Assembly: GCA_054600435.1 (NCBI GenBank)
Contig: BAAIJX010000010.1
Span: 558,001-613,605 of the forward strand
Reading direction: 5' to 3'
From: Neophaeotheca triangularis
Lineage: Eukaryota
DNA length: 55,605 bases
The notes below the pieces were generated by a model. It was not told the origin of the DNA, did not search any database, and saw only the letters and a program-made list of their open reading frames with translations. Positions 47,236 through 55,605 of this stretch are shown here, piece after piece (within the stretch, counting starts at the first letter, position 1; the number at the start of each line of letters is the position of its first letter). Made by a program: the position numbers and the translations under genes.

Positions 47236-49171
47236 ATGGCGCATCAACAGGCGTCTGGCTCAAGCGCTCTTGCATCGAACGAGGAGATGCATGACAGGAC
47301 GACAGAGCTCGATAGCAAAACCGCCAATGTACAAATTGACGACACTCCTCGGAATGTCGCTTCGGACGACCACATGCAAGATGGTGTCAAGCAGGCCGAA
47401 GCGCTCACCATGGCTTGGACAAAAAAGTCTCTTGGACTTGCTTATGCCTTGTAAGTGCGACGAATCCTGCATCTCACCTAACTCTAGCCTACATGTAGCT
47501 AATAGATGAACAGGATGTTCCTTCTTTACTTCATCAATTACTTCCAGCAGTCCATATCAGCCAGCTTGAGCCCCTATATCACGAGCGACTTCGACTCTCA
47601 CTCTCTAGTACCATTGATCGGTGTCGTTTCTTCCGTCATGAGCGCTGCTACATATATGCCTCTGTCCAAGATCCTCAACATGTTCGATCGCTGGGTGGGT
47701 TTTGCCTTGATGGTAGCTCTTGCTACCCTAGGTCTGGTCATGACCGCCTCTTGCAACAGTATTGGAACTTACTGTGCTGCTACTGTAAGCTTCCACCACG
47801 CACGCCGGAGATACATTACCATACTAACCGTTCAATTACCTAGGTCTTCTACAGCATCGGTTATGCAGGTATGACTTTCGCTATCGATGTGATTACTCTG
47901 GATACATCCACTCTGCGCAATCGTGGCCTAGCTTACGCCTTCACCTCCTCGCCAAACATTATCGTTGCTTATGCTGGCCCCAATGTTGCCCAAAAGTTTT
48001 ACGCCGAGAATTGGCGTTGGGCATTTGGTGCTTTTGCAATCATTTTGCCTGTCTTTGCAGTACCCATGATCTTGGTTCTCTTGCATGCGAAAGGCCAGGC
48101 CAAGAAGAAGGGCCTCCTCCAGCCAAGAGCGCCTAGCGACAGAACGTTCATGCAGAGCGTCAGTCATTATTTGATCGAGTTTGACAGTGAGTTTGCACAT
48201 CAGGCACTTGTATTGCAATCCAGTACTAACGCCTATTGATAGTCGTCGGAACCTTCCTCTTGACTGCTGGTCTTGTTGTGTTCCTCCTGCCATTCAACAT
48301 CCACGACTATCTCGGCAACGGCTGGGGGAGCGCAGGCTTCATCGCAATGTTGGTTATTGGAGTTGCGCTCCTTGTCTCCTTCGTGCTTTGGGAAAGATAC
48401 TTTGCCCGCGTGCCATTTCTACCTTGGAACATCGCATGTTCACGAACAGTACTCGCAGCGTGTGTACTTGACGTCTGCTACGACGTGTCCTACTACTCTT
48501 GGGCCTCGTACTACACCTCTTTCCTCCAGGTGAACTGCGGTGTCAGCATTGCTGTGGCAGGCTATGTCAACAACATCTTCGATGTGGTCTCTGGCTTCTG
48601 GCTCTTCGCCGTCGGCTACATGATCCACAAGACATGCCGCTACCGCTGGCTGCTTTACTGGATTCTCCCTCTTTACATCCTCGGAATTGGTCTGATGCTC
48701 CACTTCCGCCAACCAGACCAGAGCATCGGCTACCTAGTCATGTGCCAGATCTTCATGGCGCTATCTGGTGGCGCTCTCATCATCGTCATGCAAGTTGCAG
48801 TCCTGGCATCTTCCGATCATAACAACGCAGCCAGCGCACTCGCCTTCCTTAATGTTTTTGGAAATATCGGAGCAGCAGTCGGCGGCTCCATCAGCTCCGC
48901 TGTCTGGCAAGGCACTTTCCCACAAGCGCTTGAGAAGTACCTCCCGGCCGATGTCTTGCCTGACCTCGACACCATCTACGAGGATCTCACCACTCAGCTG
49001 TCTTACGCGAAAGGCACCGCAGCGCGCTATGCGATCGAGCTTTCGTATAGCTTTGCCCAGCGTAACATGCTGATTGCAGGGACCTCAATCATGGCCATCG
49101 CTATTGCGTGCGCAGCGATTATGCGGGACCTCAAGCTTGATCGAGCCCAGACCAAGGGCGTGCTCTTCTGA
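47236..49171 (+). CDS. MFS siderophore-iron transporter (SIT/MirB-like); exons 47236-47450, 47514-47784, 47844-48186 and 48243-49171
   Basis: QDGVKQAEALTMAWTK, DTSTLRNRGLAYAFTSSP, WRWAFG, IEFD|IVG, YYSWASYYTSFLQV, C-terminal QTKGVLF. Three canonical introns splice in frame. Confidence 0.92.
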
Positions 49172-49681
49172 ATTACTTTCCAGCGTGGAATGGCAACCCA
49201 GTTGGCCTCTACCCTTCCCTCCGCTCTGCCTTGATCGAGTATTGACTCGCCCGGGGTGTAGACGGGGGTTGCTACTGGTTTGTGACCACTGTCTTTGCTT
49301 AGGGGTGACCCTCCTCCACATGCTACGCGACAATGCTTTCCTGTCCGATAACTGCCGTGAAAAGATTGTGCCGATGTGGTGTAACCGAGTATCAGAACTG
49401 TGAGAATACGCGATCCGACTAAGCACTCTGCGCCGACAACAAATCGATTATTGATGATTAGAAGGAGTCCAATCCCAGAAGGAAGTCTATAGGGACATCA
49501 CGTCAAGAAAAGTACAGCGAGCTCAGTAATTAGGTGGAACGCGATTAAAGGAAACTTGATTCACTTAACCAAACCTCACCAGAAAACGCCACGATCCCTC
49601 AAAACTCTCAGACAAATTACCCAATCGCGCACCTATGACAATCACCCGTTCAGACACCTCGATCGAACAACGCACACCCCT

Positions 49682-50212
49682 TCAACCACGCTGTACGACG
49701 TTCTTCAAGACCTCCAATTGCACCGTTCCATCGACAAAACCACGCACCAAGTGCTCCAGATACTCCAAGCGAACCCATTGCTTGTTGCCTTCAAACAGAA
49801 GCCGTTCCTTTTCCCCCTCCAATTCCTTGACGCGGTCCATCGCAGCAGCGATCTTGGCATCTTTGTACCCTTGGTACTTGCCCACGTCTCTCCCCTGCTC
49901 AAACATACGTTGGTCGCGTGCTGACATTTCGCCATTCTGCGACATGGACGCGAGAAGACGGGTAGTGTCGGTGTTGGCTCCAGGGGGATGCGAGTGGTGA
50001 CTGACTCGGTCGAAACGCCTTGGGATCTCTTCTTCGTCATCGGTGGCACGCTGGCGTTTCTTGGACGGTGCGAGCGATCTCTCCGTGTTGGTGGGGTAGT
50101 GGTTGGCGGCTGAAGCGGTCTGCTTGGATGGGAACAGGCGGGCGGAGCCTGAGCTCGTTTGTTGTCCAGCTGCTTGGGCGGCTTGACGACCACGCACGTT
50201 GGGTTGGCTCAT
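49682..50212 (-). CDS. Hypothetical protein (176 aa) with a coiled-coil-like C-terminus
   Basis: ATG-initiated ORF with a basic PSKKRQR stretch. No recognisable family. Confidence 0.5.
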   Translation of the reverse strand: MSQPNVRGRQAAQAAGQQTSSGSARLFPSKQTASAANHYPTNTERSLAPSKKRQRATDDEEEIPRRFDRVSHHSHPPGANTDTTRLLASMSQNGEMSARDQRMFEQGRDVGKYQGYKDAKIAAAMDRVKELEGEKERLLFEGNKQWVRLEYLEHLVRGFVDGTVQLEVLKNVVQRG

Positions 50213-51691
50213 CTTGGTCGAGATTGTTAGATAGTGGGTAGGTTCCGACTGGCGGAGTTGTGTGGGAGAGAGTCGCTAGGCTTGATTGGTGTCGGAGACG
50301 AGGAGGCTTTGACGAGCAAGATTTGGAAAGGAGATGTCTGAGTTTTCGTGAGCCGGGTAGGTGTGGTTGCTTCTGCTCTCTTCAGTTTATCGCACCGGAT
50401 GCGGGTTTCTTTTTATCTCCGCTGCATCTCTTGTTTCTCTGACAATTTCTCTAACAGCCTCCCCTGATCCGTCGCCGGCGGTGAGACTGTCTCACTTCGA
50501 AGGGGGCAAGTTGGTACTCGAATAGTGCTGACCAAGACAATTTCACGCTCTCGCTCCGACTCGGCAGCGCGTATGGCTCTGTTCCACATCGCTTTTTTCC
50601 TTGCAAACGACGGACGCTTGGTTTGGCAAAGCTCAATTGCTATTGTTAGCCGACGTGCTAAAACCTCCCGGGAGGTGATCTCGCGAGGGCAGAACCCCGC
50701 CTCAGACGACCGCGGCTAGGTCTTGATACAGAACATTGGGAGCCTTATTATGGCGCTCTCATCATTGCCACGGCGGCGATCTACGCTGACCGATTGAACA
50801 CTGCTTCGTGCGACACCACTGATGTTGACGATGGAGTCTCTTGCCTTGAAGCTCATGCTGCGCATCCCTCGCGCTATTCTATTGTCGGCTGTTTTTCGAA
50901 AGCCCTTCGTAGCACCGCTGCGAAGATCAGAACATCGCATATTCTCGGTGATCCAAGAGGGACCGCTTCTAGGCATGTCGCGGAAAGAGAAATATTTCAC
51001 TTCGGCGGCACTAGCTTGTTGTTCAGCTTCTGGCGCTGGCCCTTGATTCTAGACAAGCCGAAATAGACGGACACAGACCATTCGTTCCCTACGCTGCTTG
51101 GCCCCTGGTCTCGCCATGATTCTGTCTCGAATCGTCTCTAAGACATGTTGAGGGCGAACGGTTCGGGGAGTTGCTAACGTTGGATGCGACCATACATTGA
51201 AGCGCTAGGCACTGTAGAGCCACCCGCACGCTACATTCTTCCTCTAGTGGGATGGCACTGTAAGCTGGAGAGATTGAGAAGTCACAAGCGTGCGTCGTTC
51301 AAGGAAGCAGGCGATGCCATTGCGAACCACGTCTGGTAGCCACTTGATAGTCAGTCAAGTCGCGCATTCGAGCGGGGCAGATCCCGTTCGGTTTAAAAAT
51401 CATTCACTTGAGGTGAGCATCGGTAGGGCTGGCACAATGTCTCCGATCATCCTCAGGCGAAGGGCATGTTCCGCAGCTTCAGCCCACCGTTAATTCTCTT
51501 CGGCGAAGCGGGCTAGTCTTGTGTAAGCGGCATCGCAACGCAGTGATTCTCAGAATTCAGGTACTACGAGTGTTCAAGGGGTTAAGTTAATAATCTATAG
51601 TCTATATGTCTACCGGAATAACGATCAAGTAAAAAAATGATGCAAGCTGATAGTAACGAAAGCAATCCGAAGCTGCTAAACGCAGCCGGGC

Positions 51692-52771
51692 CTATGCCCA
51701 CCATCCGATCAAAGACATGACACCAGCACCGAGGAAAACACAAACGAGGTTAAAAGTCAACCTGGTCAAGTTCTGTGAGTTGTTGCTCCGCTCGAAGATG
51801 AAGTCTCTCGCTAGCAGCTCGACAAAGCCGTTGTAAAGCAAGATTCCGCCAGAGATTGCATCGATGACGCCCTTGATGAGGGTGTAGTTGAACGACTTCG
51901 GGTTCAGCTGGGTGCGCAAGCCCAAGCCGACGGCCATGGCAATAGGAGTCGTCAAGCCGTAGGCCACACATAGAACCCACCGGGTCCACTTCAAGCGCTT
52001 CGGGAAAGGAATGGCCGACATTCTGGCACCAATACCGAGGCCCTCGAAGGCTTGGTGGAAGACAAGGACGGGGTAGAGCACCTTCCACTCTTCGTTGGTG
52101 ACGCCGAAGTTGAGACCGATGAAGACCGAGTGCCAGATGATGCCCGCTTCTAGGATGAGGAAGGCGGTGAATTGCTGAGCGAAAGCGACTTCGACGGCTT
52201 GTTCGTTGGTAGAGCTGTTGCTCTCCATTTCGTCGGACATGGTCTTGGTGGTGGCAGGCTTGATGGCACTGGGATCGTTGTTGGGGTTGCTGTCGTCGAT
52301 GAGAGAGGCGCCGTGGTCGTGAACAGCCACCACGCCGTACTTGCGCTCGATGTAGGTGTTACCGATGACATCGACTAGGAAGACCATCATGGCCGATGCA
52401 AGGATGATGGCCGGAGTCCAGTTGTAAATGTCCCAGTTGCCAGTCATGCCGACGCATGTGTTGCCGCCGATGCGCTTCCACGCTGGATCAAGCAAGTGTA
52501 CAAATGCAGTCGCGATGATGACTCCAGTACCAAAATATCTGGCGAAGAGGTAGACGTATGTCATGATGGTACCTTTAAAGCGACGGCCGAGTACGGGGAA
52601 GGCAGTGGCAGCGGTCGAGAGGATCAGGATGACGAAGACGGCGGAGATACGGGCACCGAGAGCGCCGCTATACTTGTTGCTACCCAGGTTGAGGTAGCAA
52701 GTGACATCGCGCTCGCTGGCCTCGTCGAGGTCGACGTTGTGGGGGTCGAAGAAGGGGCTGTAGTTGACCAT
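51692..52771 (-). CDS. ZIP family zinc-regulated transporter (Zrt1/ZrfA-B-like)
   Basis: ARYFGTGVIIATAFVHLL, ILEAGIIWHSVFIGL, FHQAFEGLG, YGLTTP, LLYNGFVELLA; about 8 TM helices. Last intact gene before the telomere. Confidence 0.95.
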   Translation of the reverse strand: MVNYSPFFDPHNVDLDEASERDVTCYLNLGSNKYSGALGARISAVFVILILSTAATAFPVLGRRFKGTIMTYVYLFARYFGTGVIIATAFVHLLDPAWKRIGGNTCVGMTGNWDIYNWTPAIILASAMMVFLVDVIGNTYIERKYGVVAVHDHGASLIDDSNPNNDPSAIKPATTKTMSDEMESNSSTNEQAVEVAFAQQFTAFLILEAGIIWHSVFIGLNFGVTNEEWKVLYPVLVFHQAFEGLGIGARMSAIPFPKRLKWTRWVLCVAYGLTTPIAMAVGLGLRTQLNPKSFNYTLIKGVIDAISGGILLYNGFVELLARDFIFERSNNSQNLTRLTFNLVCVFLGAGVMSLIGWWA

Positions 52772-52984
52772 GGTGAACGCTTTGCAGCAGCTTCGTTCGA
52801 CTTGACTGAGTAGGACGTGCGATGCGTAAAAGCTTGGAAGGAGAAGTTTAGGAGGCTTGAGAAGGCTTGTCGAATGCTCTGATGTAGCGCTCCATCGTCG
52901 CCTTATATGCCTCTTGCTGGCCGCTAGACATTCCTCCTACAAAGCACTTGCCGAGTAATCAGTGCAAACTCCTCACCATCAAAG

Positions 52985-52999
52985 AAACACCTTGATGGC
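52985..52999 (-). promoter_or_regulatory. ZafA/Zap1-type zinc-response motif
   Basis: Minus strand GCCATCAAGGTGTTT fits the ZafA consensus as I recall it (DYYVYCARGGTVYYY). It lies about 80 bp upstream of TATAA (52907-52903). Confidence 0.6.
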
Positions 53000-53271
53000 T
53001 TTCGAGATACTAAGGGTGGGTATTCAAGCGCTATAGTTAATTGAACACGGGCCGTAGTAGAGAAAGTGTCGACGTTGCAAGAATGGCTCCGAGGATAAGA
53101 GGGCGTAGGAGACTCGAATTCTACGATTCTTAGTACAATCGTTAGGATTTGTTGAAAGCCGACACGCTGCCGGGTCTCGTACCATTTTCGAAGCCAACGC
53201 GACTTCTCGTAGTCCGTTATAGCTACGATTCTTGTAGAAATATTTTAGGATTGTCGAACTTGCTACACATC

Positions 53272-53316
53272 TAGGGATGATAGGGCTGACAGGGCTGATA
53301 GGGCTAATAGGGCTAA
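53272..53316 (+). repeat. Five tandem copies of a telomere-like 9-mer (TAGGGCTRA)
   Basis: TAGGGATGA TAGGGCTGA CAGGGCTGA TAGGGCTAA TAGGGCTAA. Confidence 0.9.
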
Positions 53317-53362
53317 GAGAAAAGTTTGAATTGATCGCGGGTCAAGGCCCGTGACTAGGGCT

Positions 53363-53428
53363 GAAGCTTCGGTAGGCTTAGCCGGCACGGCGTCGTAGAA
53401 TCAAGAAGCTTCGGTAGGCTTAGCCGGC
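53363..53428 (+). repeat. 24-bp exact direct repeat
   Basis: GAAGCTTCGGTAGGCTTAGCCGGC at 53363-53386 and 53405-53428. Confidence 0.95.
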
Positions 53429-53610
53429 TCGGCCTATCCAAAATACCTAATGGGTTACAGGTCCGTATGTCATTTTGTGATTAGTGATGAGATGTGCGCA
53501 TTTTGGCGTACATGTAGTTCCGGGGCTGTAGGTCATCAGCTCTATGTCATATTCTTATACACTCTATTCCTGTAGTCTAGGCCGTCTACAAAGAATCTTA
53601 GAAGGTCTGT

Positions 53611-53762
53611 GATGACATCAAATGTCGACACGAATTGTTTTGGTATTTTTACTTCGATACTACGCTGCCAAAAATCCGTAAATGAAGATGACATCAAATG
53701 TCGACATGAATTGTTTTGGTATTTTTGCTTTAATACTACGCTGCCAAAAACCCGTAAATGAA
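53611..53762 (+). repeat. 76-bp tandem duplication
   Basis: Copies 53611-53686 and 53687-53762 differ at 5 positions, all transitions. Confidence 0.95.
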
Positions 53763-55484
53763 GCTGTTAACATTTAATAAAGACCCGCTACGAAGGCCCT
53801 ATAAGCTAGACTCGCTAGCTTAGGGTTAGCGTTAGGGCTTAGGCACTAAGATAGATCGATTAGAACATACTACATTAGCATAATAAGGAGCCTAAAAAAC
53901 ACGATGAATGCTATCTAAGTTAGTAGAGAGAAATTATATAGGGATTCGAATAGTAATTTTCCATATTATTTTATAGATAAAGTATTAGTAGTAATATTAA
54001 TACTCGGCTTGTTTTTAGTAAAGCTCTTATGGCCTATCATGATAGAACGTTAGAAATCAGAATTGTAGATACTATTGAAGATTGATGCCGATCTAACGAA
54101 ACAAAATGTGAATAAAATCATAAAATTGTTAGTCCCCTTCTAAATCATTAGATGAATCTGAAATTACCTATATCTAAGGAACTCCTTTCCTACTAGGAGT
54201 AGCTTTCTTTAGGGATACACTATAGTCTTAACTAGGTCAAACCTCACTACCGTTATAAAGGTACTACTCTACCTACTTAAGCCTATTAACATATAGGACA
54301 AGATTAGCTTTTAACGAAGCTAAGGTAGGTAACATAAAGACATAATAGGAATCATAGTAATATAGTAACATCCTAGTAGTATCTATATTAACTAACCTTA
54401 GTTCCTAGTATAAGTCGACAAATTTACTAAAGACTAATGTAATACTAAGACCATGTTATGATCCTATAAGGTAGTCTTATGGGTTTAGAGCTTATAGTAG
54501 AAGAGGAGAGATATCGAAGAAGGCTAGTAAGGGTATTTCCTTTATCATAAGGATTTTAAAGATACATAAAGTGTCGCTATAGACCTTTTAGTAAGATTAC
54601 AATATAAGTTAAACACAAATCTCTATCTAGAAAATGTCGCTAGCTAAATATGAAAGAGATTTATGTCTAATTAGTTTAGAACTAATCTACTATGCTTAGG
54701 ATTAGACTAATCCTAAGTGTCCTAGCTTAGACTTAGTCTAAGTCTAAGTCGTCCTACTTAGTTAGAGTCTAAGTAACTATCTTAGCTAATAAGGTAGAAC
54801 ATATAGATAAGCTGTATTAGGGTTAAAACCTAGCTTAGTTTAAGAACTTTAGCCTTACTTAGCTTAGCCTATAACACTATTCCCCTTCTAGCCTAGCTTT
54901 ATCCTTAAAGCCTAATAAAGTTCTGTCATTTCCTTACATCTTTTTATTATTAAGTTCTATAATGTCTTCTACCTTATCCTATAAATAATAGTATCTTAAT
55001 CTTTTAGCTAAAATTAAGAAATCTAGAACGACTAATATAGTACCCTACTTAGCTTATTAATCTACGAGGAAATTGCCTTTAGCTAAACTAGTATAGTATG
55101 TAATTAGTACTCGATCTAGTCGTTATTCTATATGTATATGTAAAGGGTATACTAAATATGATGTAAAGCTTAGTTATCCTAAGTAGGAAAAATAGAGAGA
55201 TTCTTATAACAAACTATAATAGTAGTTAGAGGAGTGTAAGGAGGAGAAGCTCGAGCTTCTATAAAAGCTATATAAGTGTTATGTGAAAAAGTCATAGTTA
55301 TAGAAATAGCTTTATTATGCTAAGGGTTATATAGAAACTATAGTGTCTAGAGAGTTAGAGGATTTAGAGTAAGTAGATTAGTTAGAGCAAGACCTCTTAG
55401 GTCTACTACCCTACTCAGTGGTATAACTGACTTATACTAGCAAAAAACGGTCTATTTTACTAGCAAATTTAAATTCCCGTTTTT

Positions 55485-55605
55485 TTAGGGTTAGGGTTAG
55501 GGTTAGGGTTAGGGTTAGGGTTAGGGTTAGGGTTAGGGTTAGGGTTAGGGTTAGGGTTAGGGTTAGGGTTAGGGTTAGGGTTAGGGTTAGGGTTAGGGTT
55601 AGGGT
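55485..55605 (+). repeat. Telomere, (TTAGGG)20
   Basis: Perfect TTAGGG array to the end of the sequence, with the G-rich strand running 5'->3' toward the end. Confidence 0.99.

Larger units (their letters stand above)
53010..55484. repeat. AT-rich subtelomeric repeat DNA with a RIP signature; probably a decayed mobile element or shared subtelomere block
   Basis: GC drops sharply, TpA/TAG/CTA are in large excess, CpA/TpG are scarce, there are no ORFs of 60 aa or more, and internal tandem repeats are present. Confidence 0.85.

Noticed and set aside
50450..51550. Short ORFs between the hypothetical gene and the ZIP transporter, and at 45950-46450
   Set aside because: No consistent frame, motif or codon bias to support a gene call.
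53272..53762. Short direct repeats as a CRISPR-like array
   Set aside because: Eukaryotic subtelomere, only two copies of each longer repeat, no spacer series and no cas genes.
53845..55484. Telomere-linked RecQ helicase or reverse transcriptase remnant
   Set aside because: Plausible by position, but the sequence is too mutated for me to recover any motif by eye.

Overview
This is the last 55.6 kb of a filamentous ascomycete chromosome arm, probably Dothideomycete-like (inferred from gene style, short GT-AG introns with CTAAC/CTGAC branch points, and RIP-type DNA). It ends in a (TTAGGG)20 telomere preceded by about 2.4 kb of AT-rich, RIP-degraded subtelomeric sequence. From left to right: a head-to-head pair of uncharacterised genes, one a HeLo-like/pseudokinase-like protein with a GC-AG intron; a ~1 kb highly structured non-coding region on the minus strand that looks like a telomerase RNA (template, boundary hairpin, many nested helices); an RA/PH-domain gene and a GT25 glycosyltransferase; an accessory island (about 8.7-16.8 kb) of F-box-like paralogues and decayed genes; and a housekeeping block (POT1-type OB-fold protein, ERG7, MCM5, auxilin/SWA2, an unknown family gene, an atypical kinase, CFIm25, a DUG3-like gene with one nonsense codon, MRPL1, NPY1, COG2, cytosolic GluRS). 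The arm closes with a telomere-proximal metal-uptake pair: a siderophore transporter with SreA-type boxes and a ZIP zinc transporter with a ZafA-type motif. All calls come from reading the sequence by eye; no searches or folding programs were run.
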